Source of the DNA: Eledone cirrhosa
Taxonomy: Eukaryota
DNA length: 64,000 nucleotides
Direction: 5' to 3'
Assembly: GCA_964016885.1 (NCBI GenBank)
Contig: OZ024743.1
Coordinates: 65,410,001 to 65,474,000, forward strand
In this document: one piece after another, positions 1-11,505 of the stretch
Layout of the letters: every line of letters starts with the position of its first letter
Position numbering within the stretch: the first letter of the stretch is position 1
The notes under the pieces: model-generated
Seen by the model: only the letters and a program-made list of their open reading frames with translations
What the model was told of the DNA's origin: nothing
The model's database searches: none
Program-made: the position numbers and the translations under genes

Positions 1-1449
1 TTTCATTTTGTCCTTAATTGTAAGTTGTGATGTTGCTGTTCCACTCATATTTTCTATTTAATTTTGGTTGTAATTCTTTTATGTTTATTGCCTCTGTGAT
101 TTGTCTAAACATTGCGTCTTTTCTGTGTGTAGATTCTATTTTTATTTCTATGTCCTCTAATTTACCCTTATGTTCTATTTTAGCATGTTGGTAGAGAACA
201 GATGATTCTTTACTATCTTGAAGGTCTCGCCAGTGTTCATTTATCCGTTCCCCTACACTACGAGCTGTCTCACCTATGTACACTATATTTTTGTCTCTAC
301 ATTGTCCTTCAGTACATCTTATGCTATACACTACATTTCTAGTTTTACAGTTAATATGGGGTCTTATTTTACAGGTTATACATTTCTTATCTATACAGGG
401 GGGTCTTTGAAAAGGGTATGTCTTGCTAATAAGTGTTTTTACGGAGGTACCTGGTCTTTCTACTATCTTAATATTGCGTTTATGTTTATCTAGGGCCCTT
501 CTAAATTTGTAAGCTAATTCACTTCTAGGGGTTGTATCGATGAACATTACACTCTGGTATTTATTGCTATCATACCATGAGTTTATTTTATTAGCCTTAT
601 TCCTAGTTCTTTCTATTCTATTCCAAAATTTGCTCCTATACAAGGGGCAGGTCCCATTTGTGTCATTATTTACCATTTTTTCCCATTTGGTTCTGGCTCC
701 TCTATACACTCTGATTTTATCTCTCTGATTGTAACCAGAGAACTGCATACGGTGGATGAAGTGTTGTATGTGTCTCTCTAGTTCTTCGGGGTTGCACATG
801 CGGGACACGTTTATCATCACCCGTACCAAATCCGCAATCAGTATGTTGATTTTGGTATGGTCCGAAACAGCCGAGTTTCGGTGGATCAGATGTTTGGAAG
901 TCATGGGTTTGGCATAATGGGAATGGAGGATTTGTTTTTTGTTATTAATGGTATCTAACCAGAGCTTTGTGTCTAGTACAGGTAATCGATGGTTGGGGTG
1001 TTTACTTGGGTAGTCTATAGTAACTTTAATACTCTGGTGGATGGAGTTAGCTATTTGCTGGATGCTTTCCATTGTGTTTTTCTCTAGTTCCTGACTGTTC
1101 TCTAATGGGGGTGTCTTAACTACGATGTTTATATCATCAACGTAGCGGGAGTACATTATCAGGGTTAAGGGGTCTTCTAATTGTTCTTTAAGTTTAAGTT
1201 TAAGTTTACTGTCCCACCATACCATGAATAAGTTAGCTATGTCGCCTGCAATGCTAACACCAATGGCTGCTCCTTCCTCTTGGGCATATGTTTTTCCATT
1301 AAATTTGAACATATGTTCCTTAAGGGTTAGTTTTATGCTGGCCCCTACCGCATGTGCAATCATTTTCTTCAGTTCATCGTGGTTTTCGGGTGTCCGTATG
1401 GCTCTGGTCCACCCGTTCCATCTATCTGTGTGGGTTTTCTTGGCCATTG
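1..1449 (-). mobile_element. PLE family A (Naiad-like), 3' half: RT C-terminal part, linker and GIY-YIG endonuclease; 3' UTR runs off the window start
   Basis: ORF 14..1621(-) contains GAAIGVSIAGDIAN, YSRYVDD, LPVLD, CxxxxCxxC, NVVYSIRC...YIGETARSVGERINEH and EAINIKELQPKLN. The N-terminal part of that ORF is antisense read-through across the inversion junction. Confidence 0.93.
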
Positions 1450-2179
1450 ATGCCCATATGGTGATGTGGACGAATATAATGCAGCCCAACAAAAGGACCG
1501 CCAACAACTTCCAGGCCTGGAAGAATGACGTGCCGGCGTTGTATGGGCTTCGAAAAGACCATAAAACGGGCAGTGACCCTGTCACGGGACCACCAACACG
1601 GCCAGTCTGTGGAGCTAACATTGCTAGTAACTACAGAATGTCCTACTTCCTCTCCCTGATCATACGCCCCATCATTGAAATGTCCCCAGATGTATGTGAC
1701 AGCACGGAGGACCTCCTCAGCAGAATCGGCGAGAGTAACCGATCTAGGGACCTAACAAACTGCATAATAGGTAGTATGGATGTTGTGTCCCTGTATCCAT
1801 CTATTGACGTGGATTTTGCTGTGGAGAAATGCGTAGAAATGATCAGTGAGAGCAATGTTGAGTTCCGTGGGATTGATACCAGTGAGCTGGGACTCCTACT
1901 TAAACTTACCTATAGTAATAATTACCTAGACACATATGACCTTAGAAACCTGTGCCCTACAAGACCAGCAAGAGGCAGACCACCTACCATTACCTCAATG
2001 GCCAAGAAAACCTACACAGATAGATGGAACGGGTGGACCAGAGCCATACGGACACCCGAAAACCACGATGAACTGAAGAAAATGATTGCACATGCGGTAG
2101 GGGCCAGCATAAAACTAACCCTTAAGGAACATATGTTCAAATTTAATGGAAAAACATATGCCCAAGAGGAAGGAGCAGC
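1445..2179 (+). mobile_element. PLE family A, inverted upstream RT segment
   Basis: ORF 1224..2381(+) gives LYGLRKDHK, PTRPVCGAN and GSMDVVSLYPSID (PLE RT motifs). Bases ~1995-2179 are an inverted copy of ~1266-1449. Confidence 0.9.
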
Positions 2180-3445
2180 GGCGGATAGATTCACTGACAC
2201 CTCCGGGATATTCGTCTTGGTGGTAGTTCCCCCATCACCCGCCACTTTGGTGCCCCTGGACATTCCGCACGCCATCTCACAGTCTGTGGCCTACTCCAAT
2301 GCCACGGAACACCCGCCAATCTCCTCAGAGTTGAACAAAGAACCATCTTCATCTTACAGACCCACACCCCCCCCGGCCTGAACTCCCCACCCTTATTCCT
2401 TTAGCCTTCGACCGCCCCCTCCTCCCACACATACCCTCACTAACACTACTAACACACCCCTCCTTTTCACCACCCACCCCACAACTAACAATACTAACAC
2501 CTCCACTCCACCCCTCATCCGACCAGCCTTCCCCAACTAACATACTAACATCCCTCCCTTCTTCTCCTCCCCCTCTCCTTATCACACGCACACACCCACC
2601 GGCACATATATACACGCGCTCACACTAAACACACACCCTACTACCACCACTAACCCTCACCCCCACACATCCACCCCACCACCCCGCAACTAACATCACT
2701 AACACCCCCTGACCCCAAGCACACGAACACACTCACCCACTTACACCACCCACCCTACACGCAACTAACATCACTAACACCCCCAACCCCACGCACACGT
2801 ACACACACACCCTCTTACACCATCAAACTACACACACACCAGTACACCACACTCCCTCCATCGACCCCCACATCATTCTCTCCCCGCTCCACCCACACCC
2901 TTTCTCAAACACTCACTCATCCCACTAACACCTCTACTAATACACCCCCCTCCTCACTCCAACTTTCACACCTACCCATCCTCGCCCCTTTACCATTCCA
3001 CCCTACTGCTGCTATGCCCTCTGACCACCTCCCAGCACACACAGACACACAGCACTCCTACTGCCTTGACCACTTCCTGTTGCGCGCGCACCCCACATCT
3101 CCCCTCTTCCGACCAATCTCTTCACGGATTACTCGTATGTGGACCTTGACCGTGGAATCAACTACCATCCTAGGATTTTACTAACCATTCCACCACATCT
3201 TACGGAATCACCTTTTTGACTCACCCACACACACACCCAAACATTTTTTTTCCCACACGCCACCTACACCCACAACACGCTTAAACCCCACACACACGTG
3301 CGTTCCACCACATATTTACACATTCAGCCTCCAGATTCCTCTCCCCCCACCCCTCTATCCACACACGCACTCACACTCCGACCTACACCCCACTTCACAC
3401 ACACCTCTTCCTGAACATGCAACCCCGTTCTTCCCCCAACCCTTG

Positions 3446-3480
<35 letters not shown>

Positions 3481-3851
3481 ACACCTACACACACACACAC
3501 CACCTTCAGCCCTCCCCGCACGGACACCCCGTCTCTCTCTCCCCACTCCACCCGCCACCACCCCTACACGCCCCACACCCTTCCACCACCTGTTTTACCC
3601 CATTTTAATTTTATTTTGATCATGTTTTTATTTTTAATTTCATTCGCACCGTTTCCTCCCACCCCCTTTTCGCTATATGTCTCTCCACCACTCCTCTACA
3701 CACCCTTTGAACTCTCTTCCCACACACTTTTCACCTGAAGAAGGGCTTATGCCCGAAACGTCGTTCCCCACCACCACCCCACTCTCAAGAGCGCGAAATT
3801 AATAAACATTCGTTGTACTGACTCTCTGTTTTGTTCCTGTTCAAATTTTCC

Positions 3852-3856
<5 letters not shown>
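2180..3856 (+). mobile_element. PLE family B, 5'-truncated: GIY-YIG C-terminus, long C/A-rich 3' UTR, HHR, ends in (TA)n
   Basis: Manual translation with one frameshift: ADRFT/HLRDIRLGGSSPITRHFGAPGHSARHLTVCGLLQCHGTPANLLRVEQRTIFILQTHTPPGLN. HHR core at 3735-3762, AATAAA near 3801, (TA)n at 3855-3901. Confidence 0.82.
3730..3766 (+). ncRNA. Minimal type I hammerhead ribozyme in the PLE B terminus
   Basis: CTGAAGA-a-GGGC-ttat-GCCC-GAAA-CG-TC: palindromic ACGT stem III, GUC triplet; stem I weak. Confidence 0.72.
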
Positions 3857-3901
<45 letters not shown>

Positions 3902-3902
<1 letters not shown>

Positions 3903-4224
3903 TTCGTTTTTGAATTCGTTTTGCAAGATTTCTTATCTGAAAACGTGTCGTGTGTTGAAACAGATATTGTTATACTTTGGAAGGGTCATATTGCCAACAA
4001 AAACACACGCACCTGTCGGTTTTCACTTCAATTTATTATAAATTTCCGGGTTAGTTGGTTGGTTCGATAATCGGATGGTTGTTTAGATATTTTCAAAGGA
4101 AGTCACTGAGGAGGTGACATAACGTGTGCCAAAAGATATTTGAAAATATATAAACAACCACCCGGTTATCGAACCAACCAACCAACCAACGAACCAACCA
4201 ACCAACCAGAAATTTGTAATAAAA
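3902..4224. mobile_element. Fold-back PLE family A terminus with degraded HHR (4101-4140); right arm cut off by the LINE 3' UTR
   Basis: Inverted arms ~4033-4097 and ~4139-4224. Sequence matches 53070-53290, the terminus of a coding family A copy. Confidence 0.75.
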
Positions 4225-6033
4225 TAACAATTGAAATCCTCAGTAGGGGGAACGTTACTGCAGGGTTGTTTTACACCCCGTGGATAGAACAACCCGTAAC
4301 ACCAGGAACACGTTTTGTAGGTGTTCCTGACTTCCCTCTGTTTATCTTCCTCAACCTACAGGTTTATATACAGAGAAGGCCCATTCACTCGTGCCATTTT
4401 TGCCACATTCACCCACCTTTCAGCGAATTTACTGGGGTGTAGCACCTCTCTCTCCACTCTCACCTTCCTTCTGAAGTGATACTTAAAGAAGGGGATAAGT
4501 TGTTGTCCGGAGAGAAAGGTGTTTGTCCTCAGTCCTTTTAACCTCGTCCACCATATTACCTCTTTCGCCATAGCCACTAGACAGAGGAAAACCGCCTCTC
4601 CCTCGTTCTTAAATGAAGGCGGCGGGGTGATCCTCACGAAGGACTCGGCTGACAACTGGATGCTTCCCACACGTGACAGCAGCTGTACGACATAATTCCA
4701 CAGGTCGGTCACCCCTGGGCACTGAACAATTGCGTGCAGAACGGTTTCGATGTCCTGCTCGCATCTTGGACAGGTCCTTTTGGCAGGATCTCTGCCAGGG
4801 CGTCCGTGCCTGTCGATTTTGTCTCGAACTGGTAGAGCTCCTCGGTAGTATTGCCAAGCCAGAGACCTCTAGAAGTTATCCATAGGCCCTGGACGGAAAG
4901 TCCTCCCGAACAGACTAGTCAGTTCGTCCTCCTCGATGCCTAGAGTTTCCCCGAGAACGTCGTCGCATTTATCCTCCACTAATCCCCTATAGAATGTCGA
5001 AGTGGAATCTCCGCTGATTGCTGTTTCCGCTTGGTAGAGTGCTGTGAGCGCCTGTAGGCTCTCGAGGTGCCAGGCACCCATTTTCGGTCTTCGCTTGACG
5101 CAGGACTGCAGCTCTCTTAGTGAGACGAGTTGTGGAAGAGTTTGTCTTACAAACGACAGCCACACCGGTTCACCGGTCAGGAATACCTGGAGATGGCGTA
5201 GCCTCAGCGCATGTTTGTGCATCATCAGCTACGGCATGCCCAGCCCTCCGTTAGAAGGGTGTTGATAGCAGATGGATCTCCTCACCAATGGAGCCTGTTT
5301 CTTCCAGAGGAACTTGAAGAGTAGGCGTTCCCTTTTGGTAAGGTAATCGCGGGGGCAAGGCACGACTGTCAAGCGGTAGTAGTTGACGGACGCTATGTAA
5401 GTGTTCGCCACCTCCGCTCGACCTTTCAAGGAGAGTTTGCACTCAGCCAACTTCTGGGTGAGTGCAAACACCTTCGCCGGGACTTCGTTCCAGTTCTTGT
5501 CCTCTTGGGGGTCTGGACCGAACCATACCCCGAGCAATTTCACCGGTCCTTCCGTCTAGCGTCCAACGACACTGTCGGAAGGCATGGGTTTGTCTCTCCA
5601 TGTGCCGAGTTGCAAACCGACAGTCTTGTTTGGGTTTAGTCTTGCTCCGGTCAACGTTTCGTATTCCTGTAATAGGTTACCGATTACTCTGATTTCCGAG
5701 GTTTTCGACACCATTACGGTTATGTCGTTGGCATAGGCTGACGCTGCTTTCCGCAGTCCTGGTTCGATCGGGATGCCCTGCAACAGCTCCAATTTCCGTA
5801 GTAACGGCTCGAGAGTCATTACATACAGAATGGAGGAGAGAGGGCATCCCTGACGGGTGGAACACATGATTTGGAATGGCTCTGATAGGTAGCCATTCAC
5901 ATTGACTGCCGAGCAGATGCTGGTGTGCATGGCAGCGATCCAGCCTCTCGAAGCCGGCCACCTTGAGAACTGGGCCAGCCGCCTTGTGAACTGGGCCGGC
6001 CGCCTTGAGAACTGAGCCGGCCGCCTTGAGAAT
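4225..6033 (-). mobile_element. L1/Tx1-type LINE fragment a (RT C-terminus, zinc-binding tail, partial 3' UTR), degraded
   Basis: Split ORFs give TRQGCPLSSILY, AYANDIT, KLLGVWFG, LSLKGRAEV and GGLGMP, collinear with 63.3-64 kb. A ~21-bp tandem duplication lies at the 5' break (5955-6030). Confidence 0.9.
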
Positions 6034-6035
6034 TG

Positions 6036-6980
6036 AACACGTTTTGTAGGTGTTCCTGTCTTCCCTCTGCTTATCTTCCTCAACCTACAGGTTTATATAC
6101 AGAGAAGGCCCATTCACTCGGGCCATTTTTGCCACATTCACCCACCTTTCAGCGAATTTACTGGGGTGTAGCACCTCTCTCTCCACTCTCACCTTCCTTC
6201 TGAAGTGATACTTAAAGAAGGAGATAAGTTGTTGTCCGGAGAGAAAGGTGTTTGCCCTCAGTCCTTTTAACCTCGTCCACCATATTACCTCTTTCGCCAT
6301 AGCCACCAGACAGAGGAAAACCACCTCTCCTTCATTTTTAAATGAAGGCGGCGGGGTGATCCTCACGATGGACTCGGCTGTCACTGGATTTGTCCCACAC
6401 GTGACAGTAGCTGTTCTACATAGTTCCACAGGTCGGCCACCCATGGGCACTGTACAATTGCGTGCAGAACGGTTTCGATGTCCTGCTCGCATCTTGGAAA
6501 CTTCCTCTTGGCAGGATCCCTGCCAGAGCGTCCGTGTCTGTAGATCTTGTCTTGAACTAGTAGAGCTTCTCGGTAGTATTGCCAGGTCAGAGATCTCTGG
6601 AAGATATCCACAGGTCCTGGACGGGAAGTCCTCCCGAACCGACTGGCCAGTTCGTCCTCTTCGACGTCTAGAGTTTTCCCGAGAACGTCGTTGCACTTAT
6701 CCTCCACTAACCCTGTATAGAATATTGACGTTGAGTCCCCGATGATTGACCTGTCCGCCTGATAGAGGACAGTGAGCGCATTCGAGGTGCCAGGCACCCA
6801 TTTTTGGTCTTCGCTTGACCCAGGACTGCAGCTCCGTTAGCGAGACGAGTTGCAGAAAAGCTTGTCTCACAAACGACGACCACACCGGTTCACCGTTCAG
6901 GAATACCTGGAGATGGCATAGCCTCAGCGCGTTTGCGCACCATCATCCACAGCATGCCCAGCCCGTCGTTGGATGGGACA
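6036..6980 (-). mobile_element. L1/Tx1-type LINE fragment b
   Basis: Second copy of the ORF2 C-terminus (CPRC-like motif, ETVLHAIVQCP, ERWVNVAKMARV). Its 5' end abuts (GATA)n at 6983. Confidence 0.9.
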
Positions 6981-6982
6981 CA

Positions 6983-8350
6983 GATAGATAGATAGTCAGA
7001 TTGATAGATAGATACATAGTCAGATAGATAGATAGATAGACTGATAGATAGATAAAGATAGATATACAGATAGATAGATATATTTCTTTATTTGCCACAG
7101 GGGCGCACAAGGTTAAGGGACAATACAAAGACTCATGCCGGGGATTTTACATACAGTCGTGTAAAAATATTGAAACAAACAATTATAACAATCGAAATCC
7201 CCAATAGGGGGGAAGCGCCACAAATGGGTTGTTTAATACCCCGTCGATAGAACAACCCTCAGCTTCAGGAGCGTGAGTGCTCCCTTCTTCCTTTTGCTCT
7301 CTTCTTTAACATACTGGCTTATAAACAGAGAAGGCCCAATCACTCGGGCCATTTTCGCTTCATTCACCCACCTTTCAGTAAATTTACTGGGGTTCAGTGC
7401 CTCTCTATCCACTCTGATTCTCCTTCTAAAGTGATACTTAAAGAAGGGAATCAATTGTTGTCCGGAGAGAAAGGCATCTGTTCACAGTCCTCTCAATCTC
7501 GTCCACCATATAACCTCTTTCACCATAGCCACTGTACAGAGGAAAACCGCCTCTCTTTCGTTTTTGAAAGAGGCTGGCGGTTTGATCCTTACTATGGACT
7601 CGGCAGTCAATTGGATTTGTCCCATACGCGACAGAAGTTGTTCTGCAGAGTTCCACAGGTCGCTTACGCCCGGGCAGTGTACAATTGCGTGCAAGACGGT
7701 TTCAATGTCCTGCTCGCATCTTGGACAGGTCCTTTTGGAAGGATCTCTGCCAGGGCGTCCATGCCTGTCGATTTTGTCTCGAACTGGTAGAGCTCTTCGG
7801 TAGTATTGCCAAGCCAGAGACCTCTAGAAGTTATCCATAGGCCCTGGACGGAAAGTCCTCCCGAACAGACTAGTCAGTTCATCCTCCTCGATGCCTAGAG
7901 TTTCCCCGAGAACGTCGTCGCACTTGTAAAGTACTAACCCTCTATAGAATGTCGAAGTGGAGTCTCCACTGATTGCTGTGTCCGCTTGACAAAGGACTGT
8001 GAGCGCCTGGGCGCATTCAATGGGCCAGGCGCCCATCTTCTTCGGTCTTCGCTTCACCCAGGACTGCAGCTTCGTCAGCGAGACAAGTTGTGGGAAGGCC
8101 TGTCTCACAAACGGTGCCCACACCGGTTGGTCGGTGAGGAATACCTGGAGATGCCGTAGCCTCAGCGCATGTTTGCGCATCATTAGCCACGGCATGCCCA
8201 GCCCTCCGTTGGAAGGGTGTTGACAGCAGACGGATCTCCTCATCAGTGGAGCCTGCTTCTTCCACAGGAACTGGAAGAGCATGCGTTCCATATTTGTGAG
8301 GTATTCACGGGTACAAGGCACGACAGTCAAGCGGTAGTAGATGACGGACG
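6983..8350 (-). mobile_element. L1/Tx1-type LINE fragment c with complete 3' end and (TATC)n tail
   Basis: ORF2 C-terminus, 3' UTR ending GTGGCAAATAAAGAAATA followed by (TATC)n (6983-7080). Its 5' end abuts (GATA)n at ~8352. Confidence 0.9.
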
Positions 8351-8351
8351 T

Positions 8352-9056
8352 AGAAAGATAGATAGATAGATAAATATACAGATAATTAGAAAGATAGATA
8401 TATTTCTTTATTAGCCACAGGGGCACAAAAGAAGGGGACAAATACAAAGGGGGAAGTTTACATACAATAAAAACGTGTAAAATGTTATCACAGATGGAAT
8501 TTAAAAGTTAGTCGATTTTCCCCAATAGAGGGAGACAGTTTATATGGGTAACACATACCCCCGAAAAAAATGTGCAACCCTCATCTCCAGGAGTACGAAG
8601 AGCTTGTACTCCTTTCCTCTCCTCCTCCTTTTCCTCAACCTACAGGCTGATATAGAGAGAAGGCCCATTCACTCGGGCCATTCTCGCCACTTTCACCCAC
8701 CTTTCATAAAACTTGCTGGGGTACAGCACCTCTCTCTCCATCCTGATTCTTAGAGAGATAGATATGTTTCTTTATTAGCCACAAGGGCACAAAAGAAGGG
8801 GACAAATACAAAGGGGGAAGTTCACATACAATAAAAACGTGTAAAATATTATCACAAATGCAATTTAAAAGTTAATCGATTTTCCCCAATAGGGGGAGAC
8901 ATTAAATATGAGTAACACAAAAAGTGAACCATCATCTCCAGGAGTATTAAGAGTTCGTACCCCTTTCCTCTCTTCCTCTTTTTCTTCAACCTACAGGCTG
9001 ATATAGAGAGAAGGCCCATTCACTCGGGCCATTCTCGCTACTTTCACCCACCTTTC

Positions 9057-9100
<44 letters not shown>
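8352..9100 (-). mobile_element. Two further short LINE 3' ends (d 8401-8750, e ~8764-9058), each bounded by GATA repeats
   Basis: Repeated TTTCTTTATTAGCCACA..GGCACAAAAGAAGGGGACAAATAC termini; (GATA)n at 8352-8400, ~8752-8763 and 9057-9099. Confidence 0.88.
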
Positions 9101-9354
9101 AGAAATAACTATGAGGAAATCGAACAGTTAATCTGTATCCGAGATAAGGAAGTGATAAAAATCAATGACAGTCATAGAATGAGAGAATTGAGATGATTGT
9201 AAGTAATCCGCTGAAGAGATATTCTTTAAATCTCTTTTGATAGAATAAGTAATTCAGAATATCTAACAAAGCCACCATGATAGCTTTGAAGTTGCTGGCT
9301 TAAACGTTTTAATAGTCTTATTTGATCCCTGATTAGGACATGTATGGATATAGG

Positions 9355-9443
9355 TTATGTGTGCGTGTGTATATATAACTGTGTATAGGTGTGTGTGTGT
9401 GTGTGTGAGTGTGTGTGTGTATGTGTGTGAGAGTGTGTGCATG

Positions 9444-9483
<40 letters not shown>

Positions 9484-9753
9484 TGAGAGAGTGTATTTGT
9501 GCATTAGTGTGTGTGTGTATGTGTATATATATGTGTTTGTATATATATATGTTTGTATATGTATGTGTGTGTATGCTTGTGTGAGTGTGTATGGATATGA
9601 GTGTGATAGAGATGGAGATAGAAATACAAAGAGATAAGAGAGAATAAGAGAGAGTAAGAGAGAGTAGAGTGATAAAGAGAGAGAGAGAGGGAGAAAGTAA
9701 GAGAGAGAGAAAGAAAGAGAGTGAGAGAGAGAGGGAGATAGTACGAGAGAGTA

Positions 9754-9803
<50 letters not shown>

Positions 9804-9813
9804 CGAGAGAGTA

Positions 9814-9884
<71 letters not shown>

Positions 9885-10373
9885 GTGAGAGAAAGGGAGA
9901 GAGAGAATACGAGAGAGTATGTGAGAGAAAGAGAGAGAGCGAGAGAGAGATTGGCAGAAGTCATAGTAAAATAAATATCAGTCATTAGGTTAATAAGATA
10001 TTGTGTTTACCATAGACCCCCCCATTACCACTGTTATATGGCAGTGGTAGTAGAGAGAAGGGGAGTGGAAGAGTGAGAGAGAGAGAGTGAGGCAGAGAGA
10101 GAGAGGGACAAAGAAAAGAAAGAGTGAGAGAGAGTGAGAGAGGGAGAGAAAGAGTGAGAGAGAGGGAGAGAGAATTATTGTTTTTATCATAGATCCATTC
10201 TCATTGCCACTGTTATATGGCAGTGGAATTAGAGAGAGGGGGAGTGGGAGTGGGGGAGAGAGAGTGATTGAGAGAGGGAGAATGAGGGTGAGAGAGATAG
10301 AGAGAGAGGTAGATGGTTATTGAGGGGGAGAGAAGATTATATTTACAATATCACTGTTATTTGGCTGTAGAAT

Positions 10374-10419
<46 letters not shown>

Positions 10420-10455
10420 GAGAGAGAGAGCGAGGGAGAGTGGGTGTGAGAGAGG
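9355..10455. repeat. Compound (GT)n/(TA)n/(GA)n microsatellite block with an internal degenerate duplication
   Basis: Simple repeats; CCACTGTTATATGGCAGTGG recurs at ~10028, ~10208 and (degenerate) ~10352. Confidence 0.9.
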
Positions 10456-10759
10456 ATTAGAAAGGTGTTTATAATTGTTAAACTTAATTTATTTAAGTTT
10501 TATTAAATATTAAAAACGTTATTTCTCATATTCTGTGGCAGTCAGAACATTTGTTCTTTTTTTAATATTTGATAAAATTGACATACCTATCGAAACCGGT
10601 AATATTTGACGAAACTTAACTTAATTTAATATAACAATTATAAAAATATTTATTCTGTCGGTTTAAAGAAGAAAATAAACTTTTAATATAATCTTGTGCT
10701 TTTCCACTTACTTAATTCCCATTTAATCTCCCTCTCTCTCTCTTCCCCCCTCTCTCTTT

Positions 10760-11062
10760 CTCTCTCTTTCTTTCCCTATGCGAATAAATTGCTGCTGACA
10801 GAAAGGACTGGAGAGAAAGGTGCCATAGTGCCAACAAGAGCTTTGAATCCAGTCGCATAGAGAAATTGTGTGTTAACTGAACCGGGACGAAGCAACGGGC
10901 CTTGATATCTGCAAGGCTCTCCAAAAACTCTTGCTCTTGCGACCTATATGGCTTGGTCTGTGGGTCACTGGCGAGATTAAAATGTTACATGAGACACCGC
11001 CATCCAGGGAGCTGAACTTTTGTTGGACACTCAGAAGTCGGATATCGACGGGAGAGTCCATT
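10760..11062 (+). mobile_element. RTE-type LINE 3' remnant
   Basis: Manual translation IAADRKDWRERCHSANKSFESSRIEK, then a degenerate C-terminal zinc finger; ends ATCGACGGGAGAGTCCAT. Confidence 0.6.
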
Positions 11063-11080
11063 ATATATATATATATATAT

Positions 11081-11498
11081 AGGAACAAGTAAGACCCCGA
11101 CGGCTGAGCTCAAGCCGTTTCGACGGCTAATTCTGTACTGTACAGAATTAGCCGTCGAAATGGCTTGAGCTCAGCCGTCGGGGTCTTACTTGTTCCTATT
11201 ACCCACTCTACTACCCTAAGTATTGAGTACTTTGGTGCGTTATGGTCCACCTGGTTCCTTACCACATTTCCTTCGTTATATATATATATATATAAATATA
11301 TATATATGAAGGAGATGGGACCCAGACGGCTGAGCTCCTGTCATTTCAACAGCTAGATCCGTTCGGATAGCTGTTGAAACGACAGGATCTCAGCCGTCGG
11401 GGTCTCGAAATCTTCATATTACCCACTCTACTACCCCAAGTATCGAGTACTCTGGTGAGTAATGCTCTAACTGGTTTTTACTGCATCCATTCTGATTT
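11081..11498. mobile_element. Two fold-back PLE-terminus miniatures, family F (11081-11278) and a diverged relative (11308-11498)
   Basis: Inverted arms centred at ~11139 and ~11363, flanked by (TA)n. Retain the HHR 3' half GAAA-C/TGGCT-tgagctc-AGCC-GTC. Confidence 0.75.
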
Positions 11499-11505
11499 AT
11501 ATATA

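Noticed and set aside
14-1449. Selenoprotein-type Naiad element
   Set aside because: No in-frame TGA in either family A copy; the Cys motifs use ordinary codons.
1224-2381. 385-aa ORF as one novel protein
   Set aside because: Chimera of antisense A, sense A RT and out-of-frame B created by the junctions.
4170-4210. (AACC)n as the tail of a second, GGTT-specific LINE
   Set aside because: The repeat is internal to the PLE A terminus (also at ~4050 and ~53198); LINE a has simply lost its end.
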